From sequence record NC_023568.1: a stretch of DNA of 64,000 bases; one strand, written 5' to 3'. Position 1 is the first letter of the stretch; each line of letters begins with the position of its first letter. Made by a program: the position numbers and the translations under genes. The notes beneath the pieces were generated by a model that was not told where the DNA came from, ran no database searches, and saw only the letters and a list, made by a program, of their open reading frames with translations. Positions 46,713 to 53,958 of the stretch are shown in pieces.

Positions 46713-48428
46713 ATGAGTTCTATTAATTTACCTGGCGGAGGACAACCTCTACCAAAATACGTCGAAGAAGCGCCTGTAAATGGGTTACTATACGGTCGTA
46801 AAGATGAAGCATGGGAGCCAATCCCTGAAGATTCACTAACACCGTTTCCATTAGGAACGACACCTAATTCATTCGATGCAGAGACTGGCGACAGAGCCGC
46901 AGCAATCGCTCTAAGAGACGCTTATGCATCAGCAAACCCGTCATGGGTTGCGTTTTATGTAAACAACCCGACATCTGCGATTGACCTTGTATATGAAGAC
47001 ATTTCTGTTGGCGGGACAGTTGCTGAAAGACAAACGTATACAGGAACACAATGGATTTCACAGCGTATTGTTGAAGGGATACCCGGGCCAATCGGGCCAT
47101 CAGGTGAAGGGTCAATCCCTCCATTCGCGTCGATTGCTGAACGCGATTCTTTCTTCGCGTCATCAGGGAATAAATCACTATTGAAAAAAGGATTACCTGT
47201 ATTCGTTCAGGAATTTGAAGGTCGAGCAAGCTCATATTATTGGAGAGGCGAGACAAACCCAAATACGTACGATGCTTCTAAGTTCTCACTAGCCGCAGTT
47301 CAATCAGGGAACGGTGATTTATACTTAGCAAATGCGCATAAGATATCTTCGTCAGGTCAGAATATAGCAATAACCAATATTATCGACAACGTGAGCTTTC
47401 ACCCCGTATGGCAGACATACGAAGAAGGGAATACTGCAACGGTACGTGTGCGTTCCATCGAGTCTGTTACTGAATATTCTGACAAATCAGGGCAACTAAC
47501 CAACCCACGATGGGAACTCGCGCAGATGGCAAACAATCGCACGCTATACTCAGTCATGGTTGATTTTGTCAATGCATACGATGAAATTGATGTTGTCGTT
47601 TATAAAAACACAGATGAATATTACCAAACTAAAATATTCGATATTACACCGGGCGAAGTTGATGTATTAATCGAACCACCGTTTGACATTCGTTCAATGG
47701 ACGTGCTTGAGCTTGAGTTGCGCAACCCGAACTTAGATGTTGTAGTATGGGGTAACTTATCAACAGGAATCCCATGGAATAAACCAACAACACGTGATTT
47801 TACCGATGAGACTGTTGTGATTCAACCTGATTTATATGCAGTCGAAACAAGAGTAAGTGACATCGAAGCAAACGCGATTGTCACTGGGGATAATGTTTCT
47901 GAACTGACAAATGACGCGGGATATATTAGCGACAAAGACATCATTTTCCAGAAGAGCAATAATACTGGAACTAACGTGTTAACGCTAAACGGGACAGGTG
48001 AGGAGGGTACTATCCCACTATCGCAAACCGATGAAAATGGTGTGTTATTCGAATACTCGTCAACTACTGATAATTTCAGACCACTTGAAGATAAACCAAT
48101 GCACATTAAACTTAGAATAAGTATTGATCGTTCTGGCGGAGGGTCAAACCCCGAGATCATAACGTGGGTTGAATCAGCAGCGACGGACACAACAGTTCCT
48201 AATGCATTTACACAAGAAACATCAGCATTTCGAATGGTTGATCTGCAAACAGACCGTACATTATTTTTAATCGATACGATTTTAAATATGGACTCAAGTC
48301 GTTATTATCGCATAAGACTTCGTAATTTAAACGGCGACGATTTTGATGTTGATACATTCGGTCCGTTTACAACAAGTTCGGGTAATGATATTTTTGCACC
48401 CGCAGTTGAGTTTATGCTTAGTCGATAA
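46713..48428 (+). CDS. probable trimeric virion appendage protein with N-terminal foldon-like motif
   Basis: KYVEEAPVNGLLYGRKDEAW; GIPGPIGPSG triplets; VSELTNDAGY motif. Confidence 0.6.
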   Translation: MSSINLPGGGQPLPKYVEEAPVNGLLYGRKDEAWEPIPEDSLTPFPLGTTPNSFDAETGDRAAAIALRDAYASANPSWVAFYVNNPTSAIDLVYEDISVGGTVAERQTYTGTQWISQRIVEGIPGPIGPSGEGSIPPFASIAERDSFFASSGNKSLLKKGLPVFVQEFEGRASSYYWRGETNPNTYDASKFSLAAVQSGNGDLYLANAHKISSSGQNIAITNIIDNVSFHPVWQTYEEGNTATVRVRSIESVTEYSDKSGQLTNPRWELAQMANNRTLYSVMVDFVNAYDEIDVVVYKNTDEYYQTKIFDITPGEVDVLIEPPFDIRSMDVLELELRNPNLDVVVWGNLSTGIPWNKPTTRDFTDETVVIQPDLYAVETRVSDIEANAIVTGDNVSELTNDAGYISDKDIIFQKSNNTGTNVLTLNGTGEEGTIPLSQTDENGVLFEYSSTTDNFRPLEDKPMHIKLRISIDRSGGGSNPEIITWVESAATDTTVPNAFTQETSAFRMVDLQTDRTLFLIDTILNMDSSRYYRIRLRNLNGDDFDVDTFGPFTTSSGNDIFAPAVEFMLSR

Positions 48429-48463
48429 AAGAGCCGAAAGGCTCTTTTTTATTTTGAAGAAAC

Positions 48464-48488
48464 AAAAAAACCTGCTCAAGGCAGGTTT
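48464..48488 (-). terminator. terminator ending the tRNA/ncRNA operon
   Basis: AAACCTGC cttga GCAGGTTT + T run on - strand; convergent + strand terminator 48427-48451. Confidence 0.8.
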
Positions 48489-48503
48489 AGATGTGCAATA
48501 CAC

Positions 48504-48748
48504 AGACATTCGAGAAGTGTTTTATCGTCTTTCCTTAAATCTCATTTGACTATAACGATGTTTCTCATCGGAAAAATACTCATGATTCGGCATGAGTCCT
48601 ATTTCGTTTGACAGTACGAACACCGTCTTAATGGTCATTTCCTACCACGAGAATGCGACAGGCTCACGTCATCACTGAGAAAGCAGCTAGTGCGCCTCAT
48701 TACTATTAAAGTTTGCTTTGATTTTGTAATGATTGCTGTACAATGTCT
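48504..48748 (-). ncRNA. 245-nt structured RNA closed by the AG-N8-CAGCA module (Y-RNA-like, long type)
   Basis: AGACATT/AATGTCT terminal helix, about six internal hairpins, 3' motif shared with 50505-50733. Confidence 0.75.
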
Positions 48749-48759
48749 TATTGCGAATT

Positions 48760-48848
48760 TGGCGGAAGCACTGGGAATCGAACCCAGAGAACGCTATTAA
48801 CGTCCGACACCTTAGCAGGGTGCTGTCATACCTTTAGACCATGCTTCC
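48760..48848 (-). tRNA. tRNA-Ser(GCT)
   Basis: cloverleaf, loop CTGCTAA, long variable arm, CCA. Confidence 0.93.
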
Positions 48849-48887
48849 AACGTCTCATCAATTAATGGCATGCTGCTCTCATGCTCA

Positions 48888-48921
48888 GACACATATTTGC
48901 TCTTATTGCTGACGTGTGCCA
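48888..48921 (-). ncRNA. minimal copy of the helix-CAGCA module
   Basis: TGGCACA-CGT-CAGCAAT...TGTGTC. Confidence 0.5.
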
Positions 48922-49016
48922 CGCGCTTCGCAGATCCACTTTAGATAATTTAAAGACCTAGCGGGACTCTTAGCAGGTCTATCCACTCTCTTTCGATTCG
49001 CGTTGCTAAGTGAATT

Positions 49017-49093
49017 TGGTGCCCAACCCGAGATTCGAACTCGGAACTCCTAGTGTTTGAAACTAGTGCCTCTGCCAATTGGACTAGTTGGGC
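49017..49093 (-). tRNA. tRNA-Leu(CAA)
   Basis: loop TTCAAAC, short variable region, CCA. Confidence 0.9.
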
Positions 49094-49104
49094 TTGAATA
49101 AACT

Positions 49105-49196
49105 GCCGCGACTCTTTAATCCCTAACACCTGTCAGCTTTCGCTCGGCTGAGACCGTTTTTCAACGGCGGTAGTCTAGCTTCGTATAGAACGCGGC
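49105..49196 (-). ncRNA. structured RNA with GAAA tetraloops
   Basis: GCCGCG/CGCGGC closing stem; CCGTT-GAAA-AACGG; TCAGC/GCTGA. Confidence 0.55.
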
Positions 49197-49209
49197 TTAT
49201 GCTAGAATT

Positions 49210-49286
49210 TGGTACGCACGGGCGGATTCGAACCGCCATCCCTGAGATTTTAAGCCTCATGCCTCTGCCAATTGGACCACGTGCGC
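49210..49286 (-). tRNA. tRNA-Leu(TAA)
   Basis: loop CTTAAAA, CCA. Confidence 0.92.
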
Positions 49287-49288
49287 AT

Positions 49289-49362
49289 TGGAGCTCGAAC
49301 AGGGAATCGAACCCTGACCTGCGGATTTGCAATCCGTCATACTTCCATTATACGATTCGAGC
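49289..49362 (-). tRNA. tRNA-Cys(GCA)
   Basis: loop TTGCAAA, U73, CCA. Confidence 0.92.
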
Positions 49363-49374
49363 ATAAATGTACTT

Positions 49375-49451
49375 TGGGGTGACAGACGGGGATCGAACCC
49401 GCATCTTCCGGAATCACAACCCGGGGGTATTTCCACTTCACCCACTGCCAC
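49375..49451 (-). tRNA. tRNA-His(GTG)
   Basis: loop TTGTGAT, C73, CCA; -1 base is T. Confidence 0.9.
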
Positions 49452-49577
49452 ACCAAAGTACACTTAAAAGTTTGCATTATGTCTTGGAGAAATAGATAAA
49501 TCTACTAGCAACACCGCCGTCGCTACCTGCAATACTTTGGGATGTTTACGACATCAAACGAATGCACTTCCTGTGCA

Positions 49578-49829
49578 TTAATCAGATTTATTTAAGTAGA
49601 TTCTATCAGGCGATAGTTCTCTTGTAAACATATTTCTGAAATAAATTTCGATATCTGCTTCAGTTGTTGAAGACTCAATTTCAAGAGCACGCTCAAGAAC
49701 ACGCTCAAGAATCTTGTTACGCTTAAACCCAGCGCGCCAACAGTCAAACATAAGTCTGTCCATTTGATTTAGCTTTTCGATTTGATTCGGGTTTACGTAT
49801 TCATGAGTTTCAAGTAATACAGGCGTCAT
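49578..49829 (-). CDS. hypothetical protein within tRNA cluster
   Basis: GAG RBS; ORF track. Confidence 0.7.
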   Translation of the reverse strand: MTPVLLETHEYVNPNQIEKLNQMDRLMFDCWRAGFKRNKILERVLERALEIESSTTEADIEIYFRNMFTRELSPDRIYLNKSD

Positions 49830-49852
49830 AATTTATTTCTCATCATAAAGAA

Positions 49853-49926
49853 TGGTAGTCCCTAGTGGAATCGAGCCACTTCTTTCTCTGTGTAAAAGAG
49901 ACGTACTTCCATTATACTAAGGGACC
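49853..49926 (-). tRNA. tRNA-Val(TAC)
   Basis: loop TTTACAC, T-loop CTCGATT, CCA. Confidence 0.9.
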
Positions 49927-49932
49927 AAAATT

Positions 49933-50006
49933 TGGAGCGGGTACACGGACTCGAACCGAGACGAACGACTTGGAAGGACGTCATGCTACCATTACATCAT
50001 ACCCGC
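49933..50006 (-). tRNA. tRNA-Gly(TCC)
   Basis: loop CTTCCAA, U73, CCA. Confidence 0.92.
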
Positions 50007-50195
50007 ATTGTTAATCTGAAGCGTCGAACAAATCACGTATTGCACGTAGATTCGTAAGCTCTACAGTAAGTGTTCTTATAAAGAACGGGTTGGTCTCATT
50101 CGCGAGACATTTTTCAACATATCGAATTTTATCGCGTATGTTGCCCTTGCTTAGTGTAAAGTAGTCATGCTTCGTAACCTCTTTGTTTTTGAATT

Positions 50196-50271
50196 TGGAG
50201 GTGACACCGATACTCGAAATCGGATCTTACGCCGTATGAAAGCGTTGCTCTGCCACTTGAGCTACATCACC
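50196..50271 (-). tRNA. tRNA with CAT anticodon (Met or Ile2)
   Basis: loop TTCATAC, CCA; identity ambiguous. Confidence 0.8.
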
Positions 50272-50273
50272 AA

Positions 50274-50500
50274 TTGCAGTAATTAACTCATTTAATCGCA
50301 CACTGGCTGACACCATATATTCATGGTCTGAGTGAGGAACCACATAGTGGGTACTGTTACCTCTGCTTAGTTTTGATTGTTTTACATGACGATGACTAGA
50401 AACGTTCATAATAATGCCACGCGATACATCCTATATCGCTGCTAACATCTAAGTTAGCGTATCTTGCCTTTCGGCTACAGTGTCGTTTCCGACGAATTAA
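50274..50500 (-). ncRNA. about 225-nt multi-hairpin RNA
   Basis: GTCG-GAAA-CGAC, GCC-GAAA-GGC, GCTAAC/GTTAGC, ACACTG/CAGTGT helices; ends TTACTGCAA. Confidence 0.55.
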
Positions 50501-50504
50501 GTAC

Positions 50505-50733
50505 AGACAATACCGAAGTGTTTTTTTCGTCTTTTGCATAAATCGGAGTTGACTAGCTTATTGATTCTCAACAAGCAAATATCGTCTGTTTCAGCGACGC
50601 GCCTATCTGACTATTTCTAGACAGAGAGAATCTTTCCTTTCAAGCTGCGCCTAAGCAAGCTCAGGTTAAAATCAGCCCAGGTTAAGATCATCACTTCTTT
50701 TAAGTAATTTCAATTGTTTGCTGTATATTGTCT
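50505..50733 (-). ncRNA. 229-nt structured RNA closed by the AG-N8-CAGCA module (Y-RNA-like, long type)
   Basis: AGACAATA/TATTGTCT terminal helix; AAAGACGA...AAAACACTTC 3' motif. Confidence 0.75.
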
Positions 50734-50796
50734 CTCTCACCATGCTCGTGATATGCCGAAGCAAAGTATCATTCGTCGCATGATAAGAGCTTAATA

Positions 50797-50872
50797 TGGC
50801 ACGCCGTATGAGATTCGAACTCATAACCCCATCCTTAGAAGGGACGTGCTCTTCCAATTGAGCTAACAGCGC
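50797..50872 (-). tRNA. tRNA-Arg(TCT)
   Basis: loop CTTCTAA, CCA. Confidence 0.92.
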
Positions 50873-50946
50873 ATTGAAAAGATTCGAACCATGAACTAGT
50901 GTAGACGATGGTAGTAAAGAGAGTCTACGCTCATGTGTTCGAAATT

Positions 50947-51021
50947 TGGTGGACACGCAGGGAGTCGAACCCTATCTTCCTCATTGCAAGTGAGGCGCTT
51001 TCCCAATTAAGCTAACGGCCC
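50947..51021 (-). tRNA. tRNA-Ala(TGC), irregular acceptor stem
   Basis: loop CTTGCAA, G3.U70 present, lower acceptor mispaired or bulged. Confidence 0.8.
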
Positions 51022-51028
51022 ATATTTT

Positions 51029-51238
51029 TTACAACTGTGTGATTGAAATATATTCCCAACCGTATAAACCTTCAAGTTCTTCAATCGGCTCACTAACAAT
51101 GTCAGAAATATATTCAGCAACTTTTGCTTCAACTTCTTCATTAGATAATTCTTCACTAACGGAAAAAACATCTTCGTTATTGTTGCCACCGAAATCCCCA
51201 CCAATGTCATATTCACACCATACAGAAATATAGTTCAT
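51029..51238 (-). CDS. small acidic hypothetical protein
   Basis: GAG RBS before ATG 51238. Confidence 0.65.
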   Translation of the reverse strand: MNYISVWCEYDIGGDFGGNNNEDVFSVSEELSNEEVEAKVAEYISDIVSEPIEELEGLYGWEYISITQL

Positions 51239-51262
51239 GTTATTCTCGCAGTTGTTTGAAAA

Positions 51263-51338
51263 TGGTGCCCTGACACGGATTCGAACCGCGAACCTGCTCA
51301 TTACAAGTGAGCTGCACTGCCAGTTGTGCTATCAGGGC
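51263..51338 (-). tRNA. tRNA-Thr(TGT)
   Basis: loop CTTGTAA, CCA. Confidence 0.93.
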
Positions 51339-51344
51339 GTTACT

Positions 51345-51457
51345 GAGTGTTATTACTAGCGTCGTCCAGACCAGTGATACCAACACTGAAAGGGAATCGA
51401 ACCCTAAACATTTCTTTCCGATAAGAATATTAGTAAATTGTTTGCTGAAAACACTCT
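51345..51457 (-). ncRNA. YrlA-like circularly permuted tRNA mimic with the module
   Basis: GAGTGTT/AACACTC end helix; order T arm (TTCGATT), capped acceptor-like stem, GG-containing D-like loop. Confidence 0.75.
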
Positions 51458-51465
51458 TCGGTATT

Positions 51466-51539
51466 TGGCTGGGGATAACAGATTCGAACTGATACCAACG
51501 CATTCAAAGTACGTTATGCTGCCTTTACACCAATCCCCA
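51466..51539 (-). tRNA. tRNA-Gln(TTG)
   Basis: U1-A72, loop CTTTGAA, CCA. Confidence 0.93.
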
Positions 51540-51558
51540 ATTGTTCTTAAATTATCTT

Positions 51559-51634
51559 TGGCGGAACCGACGGGTTTCGAACCCGCTACCTTCTCCGTGA
51601 CAGGGAGACATGCAACCACTTACACCTCGGCTCC
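51559..51634 (-). tRNA. tRNA-Asp(GTC)
   Basis: loop CTGTCAC, G73, CCA. Confidence 0.93.
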
Positions 51635-51704
51635 CCAAAGACAACTTAAAGTAGTTGCTTTGTTTTTTTCAAGTTCACACTTAACGGTAGTGACTCTCCG
51701 AATT

Positions 51705-51780
51705 TGGCGGACCGCCCGAGACTCGAACTCGGAACTCCTCGCTTAACAGGCGAGCACTCTAACCATTGAGTTAGCGATCC
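51705..51780 (-). tRNA. tRNA-Asn(GTT)
   Basis: loop CTGTTAA, G73, CCA. Confidence 0.93.
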
Positions 51781-51792
51781 TAAAATTTAAAC

Positions 51793-51850
51793 AGTAATCC
51801 TTTTTGCTTTTTCCAAATAAAAGTTTTGTATTGTTTGCTGTAAGATTACT
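51793..51850 (-). ncRNA. 58-nt end-closed RNA with the module
   Basis: AGTAATC/GATTACT helix then TTA-CAGCAAA. Confidence 0.7.
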
Positions 51851-51855
51851 TAAAC

Positions 51856-51929
51856 TGGCAGGGGCATAGAGATTCGAACTCTAACGAACGGGTTTGGAAT
51901 CCGTCATGCTGCCTTTACATCATGCCCCT
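51856..51929 (-). tRNA. tRNA-Trp(CCA)
   Basis: loop TTCCAAA, CCA. Confidence 0.92.
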
Positions 51930-51935
51930 AAAATT

Positions 51936-52009
51936 TGGTAGTCCCTAAGAGAATCGAACTCTTACCAAGCGATTATCGGTCGCACGCTCTACCGTTGAGC
52001 TAAGGGACT
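51936..52009 (-). tRNA. tRNA-Ile(GAT)
   Basis: loop CCGATAA (C33), CCA. Confidence 0.88.
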
Positions 52010-52072
52010 AAAGTGTGCGCATTTCAGCGCACTGTTAATCGGTTAAGTGACTAAACTTCCCGGTTAACTAAT

Positions 52073-52171
52073 TGGCGGAAGACTAGGGATTCGAACCCTA
52101 ACATCACCTCCCGGTGACCGACGGTTTTCAAGACCGTTGCCGCTACCCAGAATCTTTCGGCTAAGCCTTCC
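52073..52171 (-). tRNA. tRNA-Ser(TGA), enlarged D-loop
   Basis: loop CTTGAAA, long variable arm, 15-nt D-loop, CCA. Confidence 0.85.
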
Positions 52172-52178
52172 ATTAATT

Positions 52179-52255
52179 TGGTTGCGTGGGGCTGGATTCG
52201 AACCAGCGTTCTCCGGCTTATGAGACCGACGAGATGACCACTTCTCTACCCCGCA
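52179..52255 (-). tRNA. initiator-like tRNA-Met(CAT) with bulged acceptor stem
   Basis: resembles fMet tRNA (GCGGGG...CTCATAA...GCAACCA); one extra A in 3' strand. Confidence 0.8.
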
Positions 52256-52265
52256 ATTATTCAAC

Positions 52266-52352
52266 AGCTTGCGTTCTTTGGTCTGTTTATCGCTGTCTGA
52301 ACTGAGTTCGTCGAGCGATCAATAGAGTAAGTTAAATTGCAGTATGCAAGCT
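52266..52352 (-). ncRNA. 87-nt end-closed RNA with the module
   Basis: AGCTTGC/GCAAGCT helix then ATA-CTGCAAT; internal ATCGCT/AGCGAT stem. Confidence 0.72.
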
Positions 52353-52357
52353 AAAAC

Positions 52358-52443
52358 TGGTGGAGCGTAGAGGAATCGAACCTCTCTACCCGTTAAGGGT
52401 CAGGGATTTACAGTCCCCTGTCTCACCTTGAGACGTACGCTCC
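52358..52443 (-). tRNA. tRNA-Tyr(GTA)
   Basis: loop CTGTAAA, long variable arm, CCA. Confidence 0.93.
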
Positions 52444-52449
52444 AGAATA

Positions 52450-52524
52450 TGGTTCTCCCGACGAGATTCGAACTCGCGCACTTCACCTTGAAAGGGTGAT
52501 GACCTACCGTTAGTCCACGGGAGA
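52450..52524 (-). tRNA. tRNA-Glu(TTC)
   Basis: loop CTTTCAA, CCA. Confidence 0.92.
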
Positions 52525-52587
52525 ATTAAATTGTATATTGATTTGCAAGCTATCTAACTTGCAAAGCGATACACAATGTATCTAATT

Positions 52588-52664
52588 TGGTACGCCGCTC
52601 TGGACTCGAACCAGACACCTGAGAGTTAAAAGCTCCCTGCTCTTCCATGATGAGCTACCGACGC
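52588..52664 (-). tRNA. tRNA-Lys(TTT) copy 1
   Basis: loop CTTTTAA, CCA. Confidence 0.88.
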
Positions 52665-52675
52665 ATTATAAAATC

Positions 52676-52749
52676 TGGTGGGTCCACAGAGATTCGAACT
52701 CTGACTGAAGGATTAAAAGTCCCATATGCTACCATTACATCATAGACCC
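52676..52749 (-). tRNA. tRNA-Lys(TTT) copy 2 (different body)
   Basis: loop CTTTTAA, CCA. Confidence 0.88.
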
Positions 52750-52837
52750 AATTTGATTTTCACGTTAAGAGCGTTTGCTAAATAACTCAAAACTAAAACC
52801 CCTTGCTTGATTTAACTCTTACAAACAAGCTATAATA

Positions 52838-52912
52838 TGGTGCACCCCCTCGGAATCGAACCGAGCACTGCGGGACTTCAATCCGCCGCTTTTCCTGATA
52901 AGCTAAGGGTGC
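52838..52912 (-). tRNA. tRNA-Phe(GAA)
   Basis: loop TTGAAGT, CCA. Confidence 0.88.
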
Positions 52913-52913
52913 T

Positions 52914-52990
52914 TGGTACGCAAGAAGAGATTCGAACTCTTAACTTCTGGTTTCTAAGACCAGTGCCTCTGCCAATTGGGCTACTTGCGC
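52914..52990 (-). tRNA. tRNA-Leu(TAG)
   Basis: loop CTTAGAA, CCA. Confidence 0.92.
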
Positions 52991-53009
52991 ATTAAATTTT
53001 GTAAACTTC

Positions 53010-53138
53010 TTTTCTTCATTGTACATGATGTTTATATCGTTGTAAACATCTTTTTTGAAAAACTTTTCATTCGATTTTGAATGATAATTCGCTTTTCTTC
53101 ATTGTACATGATGTTTATATCGTTGTAAACATCTTTTT
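53010..53138 (-). promoter_or_regulatory. tandem identical 46-bp promoters for tRNA genes
   Basis: 53010-53055 = 53093-53138; TTTACA-17-TACAAT with internal GATGTTTA/TAAACATC inverted repeat. Confidence 0.8.
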
Positions 53139-53344
53139 GATTTTTTTTTTGAAGAACTTAACGTTTTCATTTTCTATGTGTTAATATTAACACTCGCTCA
53201 AGACATCATAAACACTAATTCATGAAAAGTTCGTTAAATTCTATCATCTCGACAGTACTTAACGAGATACGGTCCTAAGCGTATCAATTCGTAGAAGCAG
53301 TTTCGGGAATGTGCGAAAGCGAGCTTCAATCAAACAACACTAAC

Positions 53345-53420
53345 TGGCACCCAATACAAGATTCGAACTTGTAACCTTCGCCTTCGTAGGGCGCTGCTCT
53401 TCCAATTGAGCTAATCGGGC
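53345..53420 (-). tRNA. tRNA-Arg(ACG)
   Basis: loop CTACGAA, CCA. Confidence 0.92.
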
Positions 53421-53427
53421 ATTAAAC

Positions 53428-53504
53428 TGGTCCGTGACAAGCGATTCGAACGCTTAACTTCTCCGCCCCAAACGGAGTACTCTACCAGATTGAGCTAGTC
53501 ACGG
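53428..53504 (-). tRNA. tRNA-Pro(TGG) copy 1
   Basis: C1-G72, loop TTTGGGG, CCA. Confidence 0.92.
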
Positions 53505-53513
53505 ATTTTAAAT

Positions 53514-53587
53514 TGGTCGGGACGAAGAGACTCGAACTCTTACCACATGCTCCCAAAGCATGAACGCTACCTTTACGCCACGTCCCG
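53514..53587 (-). tRNA. tRNA-Pro(TGG) copy 2
   Basis: C1-G72, loop TTTGGGA, CCA. Confidence 0.92.
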
Positions 53588-53664
53588 TTTGTTCTTTAAC
53601 TTTGTTTATCATACTCTGTAATCAAAGTACGTTAAACAAAATTTCTTAACTTTCTTACGCCCAT

Positions 53665-53688
53665 AAAAAAGGACGCTATTTGCGTCCT
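53665..53688 (-). terminator. rho-independent terminator
   Basis: GGACGC aaata GCGTCC + T6 on - strand. Confidence 0.8.
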
Positions 53689-53717
53689 CAAGTATACTTC
53701 TATGTTATACTATCGGA

Positions 53718-53831
53718 CTACAAGAGGGTATCCCACTTCTGGTTCGCAATCGGATTCGCTAGATACACGAATTCTGAGCGCAGAAAATCGCTGCGTAATG
53801 TCTCAGATGAATGTGTAAACGAATGCGTCAT
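53718..53831 (-). CDS. 37-aa small ORF, absent from the ORF track
   Basis: AAGAGAG RBS; MTHSFTHSSETLRSDF...WDTLL; own terminator downstream. Confidence 0.45.
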   Translation of the reverse strand: MTHSFTHSSETLRSDFLRSEFVYLANPIANQKWDTLL

Positions 53832-53958
53832 TGAATGCTCTCTTGAAATAAAAATTAAAATTTGTTTTGTTTCTTTATAGTACTTATAACACTAAATCTG
53901 ACGATTTGCGGTATTTTCGCAGAAAATTGAAAAAAATTATCAATTTTCTGCGATTTTA

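Noticed and set aside
48871-48885. AG-N8-CAGCA match to the module
   Set aside because: Its only partner (CATGC) overlaps the motif itself, giving a different local hairpin
50511-50540. GCA AAA GAC GAA resembling a tmRNA tag start (ANDEN)
   Set aside because: No tRNA-like domain attached, no Ala-Ala-stop ending, and the paralogous RNA does not keep the frame
53779-53793. AG-N8-CAGC match to the module
   Set aside because: Followed by G not A, has no complementary partner strand, and lies inside a plausible 37-aa ORF
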